DNA of 64,000 nt from Candidatus Hodarchaeota archaeon (lineage in GTDB: Archaea > Asgardarchaeota > Lokiarchaeia > Sigyniarchaeales > SOKP01): the NCBI GenBank assembly GCA_048886685.1, contig JBHLKM010000020.1, positions 1-64,000 of the forward strand, in the 5' to 3' direction. Every line of letters begins with the position of its first letter. The stretch's first letter is position 1. A model generated the notes under the pieces. That model had not been told where the DNA came from. It did no database searches and saw nothing but the letters and a program-made list of their open reading frames with translations. Both the position numbers and the translations under genes were made by a program. This document shows positions 29,478-38,435 of this stretch, piece by piece.

Positions 29478-30671
29478 ATGAAACTGACATCAGAAGAACA
29501 AGATATGCTAAATGGTAAATATGGAAAAGCAGTCAAAAAATCTATGGAAATTTTAACTACATTGGGAGAAATCTTTGATGCTGAAAGCATGGTAGATGTT
29601 GTTGGTGTTCAAATAGCGGGAGTTTCCTACGATAATCTTGGTGAAGCAGGATTGGAGTTTTTAAGCGAGATGGCAGAAGATGGTAAGGTCAGAGTGTTAA
29701 CAACATTAAATCCTGCAGGAATGGATCGCGAAAACTGGCAAACGCTAGGAATAGATAAAGAATTTGCTAAAAATCAGAATCGTGCGATAGATGCATTTGC
29801 CAAGATGGGAATTATAACAACTTGTTCTTGTACTCCTTACTTAATTGGAAATACTCCTCATTTTGGACAACATCTTGCTTGGGCAGAGAGTAGTGCTGTA
29901 TGTTATGCTAATTCAGTTATAGGTGCTCGAACTAATCGTGAAGGTGGTCCAAGTGCTTTAACATCAGCCATTACAGGAAAAACTCCTAAATATGGGTATC
30001 ATTTAGAAAAAAATCGTCACGGAGAAGTTTTATTGAATGTTGAAGCCAACGTTAACGGCACTGATGAATTTGGAGTTTTAGGAAAAATTATTGGGGAGAA
30101 ATTAGTTGAATTAGGAAAGAAAATTCCTTACATAAGAGGGATTTCCGAAGCAACTGTTGAAGAACTCAAGTCATTTTGTGCTTCCGTTGCTACTTATGGT
30201 GGGACTGCCTTATTTCATATGGAAGGAATAACTCCAGAGTATAATAAGTATCCTAGACCAAGTGATATTACTGTTGAAATTAACCAAAAATCGCTTAATA
30301 AAACACGCAGTGAGCTTATCGATGATGATCTTGAAATAGATTTTGTAAGTATTGGCTGTCCTCATGCTTCAATTCACGAAATCGAAAGAATAGCGAATTT
30401 ATTGAAAGGAAAAAAAGTAAAAAAAGAATTTTGGATAACGACTGCTCGACCAACAAAAAGGATTGCTGATGAAGCAGGATATTCAAAAATAATTGAAGAA
30501 GCAGGAGCAAAATTTGCGGCAGATACTTGTTGTGTTGTAGCCCCTATTAAAGGACGTTTTAAGGGAATCATGGTAGATTCAGCAAAAGCATGCTATTATG
30601 GGCGTGCTAAGAATAAATTTAAAGTGAAAATAGGTACAATTGAAGATTGCATTGTGGAGGCAACAGGATGA
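29478..30671 (+). CDS. Aconitase X large subunit = phosphomevalonate dehydratase large subunit
   Basis: GVSYDNLG, TCSCTPY, ESSAVCYANSVIGARTNREG, GCPHAS and DTC motifs; operon context. Confidence 0.92.
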   Translation: MKLTSEEQDMLNGKYGKAVKKSMEILTTLGEIFDAESMVDVVGVQIAGVSYDNLGEAGLEFLSEMAEDGKVRVLTTLNPAGMDRENWQTLGIDKEFAKNQNRAIDAFAKMGIITTCSCTPYLIGNTPHFGQHLAWAESSAVCYANSVIGARTNREGGPSALTSAITGKTPKYGYHLEKNRHGEVLLNVEANVNGTDEFGVLGKIIGEKLVELGKKIPYIRGISEATVEELKSFCASVATYGGTALFHMEGITPEYNKYPRPSDITVEINQKSLNKTRSELIDDDLEIDFVSIGCPHASIHEIERIANLLKGKKVKKEFWITTARPTKRIADEAGYSKIIEEAGAKFAADTCCVVAPIKGRFKGIMVDSAKACYYGRAKNKFKVKIGTIEDCIVEATG

Positions 30672-31057
30672 AGTTATCGGGGAGAAAAATTTATAAAGGT
30701 ATTGCTGAAGCGGAAGCAATTGTTACCAAAGATGGAATCTCATTTTATGGAGGAGTAGATCCTGATACTGGCAAGGTGGTTGAGGTTGGGCATGAACTTG
30801 AAGGTCAATCTATAACAGGGAAAGTATTAGTTTTTCCAACTGGTAAAGGATCCACAGTAGGATCATATACAATGTATAGAATGAAGAAAAATAATACTGC
30901 TCCGGCTGCAATCGTTAATACACAAATTGATACGATCATAGCTGTTGGTTGCATTATTAGTGAGATTCCATGCGTTGATAGAATTGACATTAATACCATA
31001 AGTACTGGACAAATTGTCATAGTCAATGGTTCAGAAGGAACTGTGGAGGTAAAATAA
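30668..31057 (+). CDS. Aconitase X swivel (DUF126) subunit = phosphomevalonate dehydratase small subunit
   Basis: ISFYGGVDPDTG and GKGSTVGS motifs; ATGA start/stop overlap with the large subunit at 30668-30671. Confidence 0.92.
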   Translation: MKLSGRKIYKGIAEAEAIVTKDGISFYGGVDPDTGKVVEVGHELEGQSITGKVLVFPTGKGSTVGSYTMYRMKKNNTAPAAIVNTQIDTIIAVGCIISEIPCVDRIDINTISTGQIVIVNGSEGTVEVK

Positions 31058-31993
31058 ATGGGTATTGGGAAGGGATATGGAAAGACAATCTTATTCGGTG
31101 AACATTTCGTAGTATATGGACTACCAGCAATCGCTTCAGCATTAGGGTCATATACCACAGCAGACGTTAACGTTATTGAGGGGTCTGGATGGATGGTGGA
31201 TGATCAAAGGCTTGCTACTCCGGGTTATAAAAAACAAAAACATAGTGAAGCAATGAAATCAGTACAAAACGTTATTGATTATTTAAAAATAGATACGAAA
31301 AATCAAAAACTTGAGATAACATTTGGAGGTAATCTAATTGCTGCAAGTGGAGTTGGGGCTTCCGCTGCTCAATGCACATCTTTAGCTCGTGCACTTAATG
31401 ATACATTTAACCTTGCTTTAGACGATGAAAAAATAAACGAAGCAGCATATGAAGGAGAAAAAGCTTATCACGGAACCCCTTCTGGAATCGATAATACAGC
31501 TTCCACTTATGGAGGGTTAATATGGTTTAAAAAAAACATGAGTGGAGGTAAGAACACAATGGATCTTTTACAAACTCAAAAAAAAATGTTTTTAGTAATC
31601 GCAAATTCTGGAATTACAGCATCAACAGCAGAAGTAGTTGCTGATGTTCGACTTTTAAAAGAAAAAAATCCGGTAAAATTCGAAAAAATTTTTAATCAAT
31701 ATGAAAATTTAGCAAAAGATGCTAAAAATGCTTTGATTAATGGAGATACTACTACAATTGGAGATCTAATGAATAAAAATCACAAACTTCTACAAGAAAT
31801 TACGGTTTCAGGAGAAGTGAACGATAAATTAGTTGAAATAGCGTTACAGAATGGAGCTATTGGTGCTAAAATGACAGGGACTGGTCGAGGGGGGTTGGTT
31901 ATTGCTTTGGTAAAAAATCAAGAAATACAAGGAAAAATTGCTAATGTTATTGAAAGTGAAGGTTATGATGCCTGGAAAACTATGATTGGTTAA
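31058..31993 (+). CDS. mvk: Mevalonate kinase
   Basis: GKTILFGEHFVVYG, ASGVGASAA, HGTPSGID and GAKMTGTGRGG GHMP motifs. Confidence 0.95.
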   Translation: MGIGKGYGKTILFGEHFVVYGLPAIASALGSYTTADVNVIEGSGWMVDDQRLATPGYKKQKHSEAMKSVQNVIDYLKIDTKNQKLEITFGGNLIAASGVGASAAQCTSLARALNDTFNLALDDEKINEAAYEGEKAYHGTPSGIDNTASTYGGLIWFKKNMSGGKNTMDLLQTQKKMFLVIANSGITASTAEVVADVRLLKEKNPVKFEKIFNQYENLAKDAKNALINGDTTTIGDLMNKNHKLLQEITVSGEVNDKLVEIALQNGAIGAKMTGTGRGGLVIALVKNQEIQGKIANVIESEGYDAWKTMIG

Positions 31994-32822
31994 GAGAGAA
32001 TTAAAATTGAAAAGAAAGAAAGAAATCTTAATATTGAAGTTAGGTGGAAGTTTACTAACTGATAAAAATAAACCTTTTTTTATCAGAGAGGAGGTTGCTA
32101 AAAGCACAATTCAACAAATTATTAATGCTAATGAAAAAGTGATATTAATTCATGGAGGTGGCTCGTTTGGGCACCCTCTAGCAAAAAAATATAATATTTC
32201 GCGAGGTCTAGATAAATCTATACCAAATCAAATTTTTGGCTTAACTGAAACACATCAGGCGATGATTAAATTTAATTCTTATTTAATTAACCTATTTTTA
32301 GAACAAAACTATCCAGTTTTATCCATTCAACCCTCAAGTATTTTTATGACAGATGCTGAAAATATTACAACTAAGTCCATTGACATTATTGAAACAGCCT
32401 TAGATCTTAATATCTTACCAGTTTTGTATGGAGATATAATTCTTGATAAATTAGGGTCATTTTCGATAATTTCAGGTGATCAGATCATTTTTGAATTATG
32501 TAGGAACCTACAGAAATATTCTGTATCTAAAGTTATCTTTGCAATTGAAGCTGATGGGATTTTCATTAAAGATAGAAATTCCAAGGATAAAGATGTAAGA
32601 CTAGCATCTAAAATATATTCAAGTGAATTAAATGACTTAGACTTAGCAGACTTGGGAAAAAAAATAGATGTTACCGGCGGCATCGAGGGAAAAATCGATT
32701 TTATTAAGCAGATATGTAAATTCAATGTTCCTGTCCAATTGATAAATGGATTGAAAGAAAATTATATATATAATTCTTTAAAAAATGAAAAAATAATTAG
32801 TACAAATATATTAACTAATTAA
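31986..32822 (+). CDS. ipk: Isopentenyl phosphate kinase
   Basis: LKLGGSLLTDK, HGGGSFGH, ISGD and DVTGGI motifs. Confidence 0.94.
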   Translation: MVKRELKLKRKKEILILKLGGSLLTDKNKPFFIREEVAKSTIQQIINANEKVILIHGGGSFGHPLAKKYNISRGLDKSIPNQIFGLTETHQAMIKFNSYLINLFLEQNYPVLSIQPSSIFMTDAENITTKSIDIIETALDLNILPVLYGDIILDKLGSFSIISGDQIIFELCRNLQKYSVSKVIFAIEADGIFIKDRNSKDKDVRLASKIYSSELNDLDLADLGKKIDVTGGIEGKIDFIKQICKFNVPVQLINGLKENYIYNSLKNEKIISTNILTN

Positions 32823-32840
32823 AAATAATGTAAATGAGAA

Positions 32841-33959
32841 ATGACTCAAATAGAGAGGAAAAATATGCCAAAGGAGAATGACTCTAAAGAGATAATGGAT
32901 AGAAAAATAGAACATCTCAAAATACCTTTAGATCATGACGTACAACATTCTAAAAACTATTTTAATGATATAAAATTGATACATCATCCAATTCCAGATG
33001 TTGATGTTGACGAAGTTGATCTTTCAGTGAAGTTTTTTAATAAAAAAATATCCGCACCAATTTGTATTTCAGCAATTACTGGGGGTCATCCTATCTCAAA
33101 AGAAATAAATGAAATTTTAGCTAAAGCAGCAGAAGAAGAAAATATTATAATGAGCGTAGGAAGTCAAAGAGCAGGGCTAGAAAATCATACCTTATTAGAT
33201 TCATTTAAAATTACCCGTGACGTTGCCCCTACTATTCCTATTATCGGAAATATTGGTATTGGGCAGGTTAGTAATCTTAATTTTGAATTAGAGGATTTTA
33301 ATAAATGTATAGAGATGATAAATGCTGACGTGATGGCAATTCATTTAAATATTTTACATGAATTAGTTCAAGATAAAGGAGATCTTTCATATAAACTTTT
33401 CAGTAAAAATTTTCAGAAAATTCGGGAAAAATACAACATTCCAATAATTGCAAAAGAAGTTGGAACAGGCTTTAACCAATCATTAGCTATGATTCTCGAC
33501 AAGCTTGGTTTTGACGGATTTGATGTCGGAGGTGCTGGAGGCACTAGTTTTGCAGCAATTGAATCAAAACGTGAAAACCTTAATAATTTAAGGTACACGC
33601 GAGATCCTTCTGTAGTATTTAGGGAATGGGGGATTCCCACACCTGTAAGCATAACTTATGTTAGAAAGGTGTCTCAAAAACTGATTATTGCAACCGGAGG
33701 TTTAAGAACAGGAATTGATATAGCAAAGTCTCTTGCATTAGGTGCTGACATAGGAGGTTTTGCTTATAACTTTCTCCAATCTGCATGGAAAGATAGAAAA
33801 GATAATTCTATTTCTCATACTATTAAAGAAATAAAAACCTTAAAAAATGAATTACGTTCATGTCTATGGTTAATGAATATAGATGAAATATCTAAATTAA
33901 AAGGAAAAAAAGATAAATATGTTATTCTTGGTGAATTATATAGATGGTTACACCAATAA
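32841..33959 (+). CDS. fni: Type 2 isopentenyl-diphosphate isomerase (FMN-dependent)
   Basis: RKIEHL, AITGG, GSQR, KEVGTG, GGAGGTSFAAIE, WGIPT and ATGGLR motifs. Confidence 0.95.
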   Translation: MTQIERKNMPKENDSKEIMDRKIEHLKIPLDHDVQHSKNYFNDIKLIHHPIPDVDVDEVDLSVKFFNKKISAPICISAITGGHPISKEINEILAKAAEEENIIMSVGSQRAGLENHTLLDSFKITRDVAPTIPIIGNIGIGQVSNLNFELEDFNKCIEMINADVMAIHLNILHELVQDKGDLSYKLFSKNFQKIREKYNIPIIAKEVGTGFNQSLAMILDKLGFDGFDVGGAGGTSFAAIESKRENLNNLRYTRDPSVVFREWGIPTPVSITYVRKVSQKLIIATGGLRTGIDIAKSLALGADIGGFAYNFLQSAWKDRKDNSISHTIKEIKTLKNELRSCLWLMNIDEISKLKGKKDKYVILGELYRWLHQ

Positions 33960-33966
33960 TATCCTT

Positions 33967-34191
33967 TTAATTTAGTGCATCAAAAACCTTGTTGACTAGA
34001 TGACAACCCCTATTATTTTCATCAGAAAAAATACATCTATGCCTAATATCATTCTTTTTAATTGAATATTTCATACATCCCCAGCATTGTGCTTTCGCAA
34101 AACTAATTTTTTTTTCACGATTTTGTTCTCTTATCTCTTCACATATCTGTAATGCAATTTCTTCTGGAATAGATTTCTTATTTTCCTTCAT
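33967..34191 (-). CDS. Small Cys-rich hypothetical protein
   Basis: MKENKKSIP...IC...QCWGC...HRC...RGC; last gene of a co-oriented minus-strand run. Confidence 0.55.
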   Translation of the reverse strand: MKENKKSIPEEIALQICEEIREQNREKKISFAKAQCWGCMKYSIKKNDIRHRCIFSDENNRGCHLVNKVFDALN

Positions 34192-34314
34192 TTCACATTT
34201 CAATTTTAAAATCTGATTAATCTTATTAAGATAACAACATTTTTATTTGTATTAAAAAGTTCAGTAGACCAATCCTTATTCTTGAACTCACTTAAAATTA
34301 ATATTTAGAAGATT

Positions 34315-34722
34315 TTAGAGAAGTTCATCTTCTAATTGTTGGGGAATATCTTCCAAAGAATCCTCAATAATCTCTTCAAACTCAGTAAACGCTCCAATCT
34401 GACCTTTATAATCCTTCAATTTTTCAGAATAAAGTTTTAAGAATTTGTTTGATATTTTTTCTAATTCACGATTAATCTTTTTCTGATTGAATCTTTTTGA
34501 CGAATTAGCAATGAATGTAATGTCACGTTTCTTAATTATCGTAAATCTTTTATTATCTAACTCAAAATTGGATAACCCACCATCCACTAATTGCTCGGCA
34601 AAAGTGTTTAACGCACTCATCATTGCACCAAATGCTTGAGGAGATACAAATTCATTGAACACCCTATGAAACATTACTATTCCAGATTCATTCAAAATCC
34701 AAATATCTTGGAGACTTTTCAA
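34315..34722 (-). CDS. Stand-alone longin-like domain protein
   Basis: DIWILNESGIVMFHR...FGAMMSALNTFAEQL...FLKLY...FTEFEEII pattern. Confidence 0.75.
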   Translation of the reverse strand: MKSLQDIWILNESGIVMFHRVFNEFVSPQAFGAMMSALNTFAEQLVDGGLSNFELDNKRFTIIKKRDITFIANSSKRFNQKKINRELEKISNKFLKLYSEKLKDYKGQIGAFTEFEEIIEDSLEDIPQQLEDELL

Positions 34723-34780
34723 TTTAATTCCCCTCTATTTTAGCTATTTAAGTCTTAAACTCTACAAAATTTAATTCTTT

Positions 34781-35329
34781 TTAAATTGTTCCCCATCTTT
34801 TTATATTACTTTCTATCCCAATTTGGTCTAATATTCTTCCAATGGTGTATTCAATAAGTTCTTCTACGCTTTTTGGTTTTATGTAGTATGAAGGGATTGG
34901 GGGGCAAATAATTACACCCAATCTTGCTAATTTAAGCATATTTTCAAGGTGTATTGCACTGAATGGTGTTTCTCTTACGACTAATAATAATTTCCTTTTT
35001 TCTTTTATCATTACATCCGCTGCTCTTGAAATTAAATTATTTGCATAACCATTTGCTATTGCTGATAAGGTTTTCATTGAACAAGGAATTATTACCATAC
35101 AATCTATCTTGTAGGACCCGCTTGATGGTGGAGATAATAGATTATCTACGTCATAGTTTTTATCTGCTAATTTGCGAATATCAGAAACCTTATGTTCTGT
35201 TTCAATATTTATTATTTTTTCAGCAATTTTAGAGATGATAAGTTCAATTTCAATCTTTTTCTCTCTCAAAGTTTTTAGAAATTTAACTGCTAAATCAACT
35301 CCTGTGGCTCCAGTAATAGCTACTAACAT
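34781..35329 (-). CDS. ubiX: Flavin prenyltransferase
   Basis: AITGATG, SSGS, PCSMKTLSAIANG, RAADV and RETP motifs. Confidence 0.95.
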   Translation of the reverse strand: MLVAITGATGVDLAVKFLKTLREKKIEIELIISKIAEKIINIETEHKVSDIRKLADKNYDVDNLLSPPSSGSYKIDCMVIIPCSMKTLSAIANGYANNLISRAADVMIKEKRKLLLVVRETPFSAIHLENMLKLARLGVIICPPIPSYYIKPKSVEELIEYTIGRILDQIGIESNIKRWGTI

Positions 35330-35441
35330 CTAACTTTATCTCACTAATTTTGATAAATAAAAATTTATAATATTGAACTTAATAATTCTTCTTTGAATTT
35401 TAGTTCTTATCTTTTTCTATATTAGAATAAGATTATATTTT

Positions 35442-36509
35442 TTAGAATTTTCTCTCTATTACAAAATTTAATAGACTTTCAAAAAATTCAACTTCGGATT
35501 TATTAATGAAAGGTTTTAATTTATCTAAAGATGACTTTGCCTTTTGAAAGTATATGTATGCTAATTCTTTGCATAAATTAACTACATCTGCTTTAATAAA
35601 CAAATCTTTAACTTCCTGAACATCACTTTGAGTCATAGAAGGATTTTCAAGTAATTCAACGAGCCTTTTTTTATTCAAGCCATCTAAATTGTCTAAAGCA
35701 GTTAATTTTAAAGCAGTCAATTTATTTTCTCGGATATCACCATCAGTTGGTTTTCCCGTTACTTTTTCATCACCAAATGTTCCTAAAATATCGTCAATTA
35801 TCTGAAAAACAATACCAAGATTTATACCATATATGGAAAGATCAGTAAAACAATTATTAGGGGCCTGAGCATAATTTGCACCTATTAAAATTGACTTCTC
35901 AATCAAAGCTCCAGTTTTGAGTGAAATCATTTCAATATAATCAGAAAGGGTGAGATCTGTTTGGTTAACCATATTAGTTTCAATTAGAACACCATTAGCA
36001 ATTTCTATAAAAGCTTGCTGATAATATTTTACCGCCTGTAAGTTCAAATCCCTATCAAAATCATTAAAAAAATATGCTTCTAAACCTAAAAAGAAAGCTG
36101 AGTCTCCACCAATGATTCCTATAGAATTCCCGAAATCTGACGCAATCATCCGTTTTAATTCATATTTTTCATGGTAATTACGGAATCTAAAGTGAAATGC
36201 GGGTTTTCCTCGTCTAAAATCATCCTTATCAATTATATCATCATGTATCAAAGACGCATTATGGAGAAATTCAATACCAACACTTGGAAAAACAATTGTT
36301 TCATCCTTTTTTTTATTAAAAGCATTATACGTAGCGATACACAGCAATGGACGGAGTCTTTTTCCTCCAGCTAGAAAATAATCTTTTAGTTCTGAATAGT
36401 AATCTACTAAAAATCTATTTTTTATATTTTTTAATTTCATGTCATAAATAGATTTAATTGCATCATTGATCTTGGCTTTATACTCTTTTAAATACTCATC
36501 AAGTTTCAT
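35442..36509 (-). CDS. idsA: trans-prenyltransferase (geranylgeranyl diphosphate synthase)
   Basis: GGKRLRP, FARM SLIHDDIID..RRG, KTG and SARM FQIIDD motifs. Confidence 0.92.
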   Translation of the reverse strand: MKLDEYLKEYKAKINDAIKSIYDMKLKNIKNRFLVDYYSELKDYFLAGGKRLRPLLCIATYNAFNKKKDETIVFPSVGIEFLHNASLIHDDIIDKDDFRRGKPAFHFRFRNYHEKYELKRMIASDFGNSIGIIGGDSAFFLGLEAYFFNDFDRDLNLQAVKYYQQAFIEIANGVLIETNMVNQTDLTLSDYIEMISLKTGALIEKSILIGANYAQAPNNCFTDLSIYGINLGIVFQIIDDILGTFGDEKVTGKPTDGDIRENKLTALKLTALDNLDGLNKKRLVELLENPSMTQSDVQEVKDLFIKADVVNLCKELAYIYFQKAKSSLDKLKPFINKSEVEFFESLLNFVIERKF

Positions 36510-36692
36510 TAGGTATTACCATTGGTCTTGATTAATAATGATGTTCCTTCTAAATTATAAAACAAAAATTTTACTAGAATATAAGTAATTTCAAATTATC
36601 AATATTCTTAATTACTAGAAAAGATCAAACTTTTTAGTAATAAAATAAGTTTTAAAAATTTTTCATAATTAATTATAACCTTAAAAAAAAGA

Positions 36693-38393
36693 TTGAAGAG
36701 AGATTTGGTAACCTTAAAAAATTTAAGATCTGATAAGAGAAAACTAAGCTTATTAATCAGTATTTCAATAGTATTTATAGGCGTAATCCCCTTACTTATT
36801 TTAACCTTTATTCCCGAATTGAAGAATCCATACACGATTGAACCATTAGCACTCGAGTCAGAGGATGGTGTATATATTAGTGCTTTTAAATACACACCAA
36901 AAGGAGCAAAAAGTCATGGTGGAATAGTGGTTGGACATGGCTTTTTTGGTAGTAAACTCAATATGCAACCTTTAAGCATAGAACTTGCCAAACGAGGATT
37001 TACCGTCATAAACATTGATTTTCGCGGACATGGGGCTTCTGGAGGATACTTTCGTCGCGGTAAATTAATATTAGATCTAATGGCAGCAATTGATTACCTG
37101 GAGTATAATTTACCTTATATTACAGAAATTGGGCTTGTTGGGCATTCATTAGGCGCTTATGAGGTACTAGATTTGTCAGAATCTTATCCTGATAGAATTA
37201 ATGCAACTGTAGCAATTGGAGCAGTATCTGACAACATTATGAATGTATCTAATTTTCTTTTAGCGGCTGGTGTATACGATTCTGGGTTAACTGAAGATAA
37301 GATCCTTAAAGTTTTAAAGTTGTATACAGGAACGGAAGATGTAAAAGTTGGAGAATTGTATTATGGAGACTTTAATAACGGAAATAACACTAAAGCTTAT
37401 ATTAGCCCATTTTCAGGACATTTAACTGAAGTAGTAGATTCTGCTATTATCTATCAAACAATTCAATGGTTTGAACAAGCTTTTCACGGAGAAAAAGGGA
37501 GAAATATTTTCATAACTGCTACAGCCTTATTAATTTTTTCTTATGTCTCCTTTGCAGGGATTATTGTCCTTAATTCAATATTGGTTGTTTATATTAGCGA
37601 TTATTTTTTTAAAAAAAAAGTAATTTTAACTGAGAAACATATAATAGAAAATTTGGAGAAAGCTTCGATAAAAAAATTAATATTATACTACACTGTTCCC
37701 GTAGAACTAATTCAAATTTCATTTTTTTTATTTCTTTCACGTATTTCCACTGAAGCTGTCGCCTTTTCTACAACAAGCATAACTTTGTTACTTATTATTG
37801 GAGCCACAATTGGATCATTCATCATATATACTTTTCTTCTATTGAACTGGGAGGAAAGGTTCCACTTCAGAGATCCGTTTATTATGATTAAAAGAATGTG
37901 CTCCGTAAAACCTGCTCGTTCCTTATTGTTTGGATTTATAATTGCTTTATTATCATTATTATCAATGGCAGCAATTTGGCATTGGTCTGTGCAAAATACC
38001 TTACCAACTATAAGAGGTGTTGGTAGAATGGTATTATTAACTCTCCTATCATTCCCCTTTTTTCTAATTAGAGAATTCTATTTTAGGAGTGTTCAAGGAC
38101 AATTGAAAAATTTAAATCCATATGAAGAATACACTGTGATGTTAGGTATTGGAATTTTCATGGATAATTTACTTATTGTTTTAATCTTTATTATTGGGAA
38201 AATTAATTTGGCATATTTCCCACCATATGCACTTTATTTATTAGCATGGGTTATTTTTTCGATTATACAAAACAGCACAGTTACCTGGGTTTATATAAAC
38301 TCCGGGCGGAATATACTAGGATCGACGATCTTCATAAGTATTCTCTATTCATGGATGATTGTTGTCTTTTTCCCTTCTTATGGATTTCTATAA
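36693..38393 (+). CDS. Membrane-anchored alpha/beta hydrolase with multi-TM C-terminal domain
   Basis: HGF, DFRGHG and GHSLG nucleophile motifs; many C-terminal hydrophobic helices. Confidence 0.8.
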   Translation: MKRDLVTLKNLRSDKRKLSLLISISIVFIGVIPLLILTFIPELKNPYTIEPLALESEDGVYISAFKYTPKGAKSHGGIVVGHGFFGSKLNMQPLSIELAKRGFTVINIDFRGHGASGGYFRRGKLILDLMAAIDYLEYNLPYITEIGLVGHSLGAYEVLDLSESYPDRINATVAIGAVSDNIMNVSNFLLAAGVYDSGLTEDKILKVLKLYTGTEDVKVGELYYGDFNNGNNTKAYISPFSGHLTEVVDSAIIYQTIQWFEQAFHGEKGRNIFITATALLIFSYVSFAGIIVLNSILVVYISDYFFKKKVILTEKHIIENLEKASIKKLILYYTVPVELIQISFFLFLSRISTEAVAFSTTSITLLLIIGATIGSFIIYTFLLLNWEERFHFRDPFIMIKRMCSVKPARSLLFGFIIALLSLLSMAAIWHWSVQNTLPTIRGVGRMVLLTLLSFPFFLIREFYFRSVQGQLKNLNPYEEYTVMLGIGIFMDNLLIVLIFIIGKINLAYFPPYALYLLAWVIFSIIQNSTVTWVYINSGRNILGSTIFISILYSWMIVVFFPSYGFL

Positions 38394-38435
38394 AATAGAC
38401 TTTTACGGTATTAATAGTTTTAAATCGGTCTAGAA

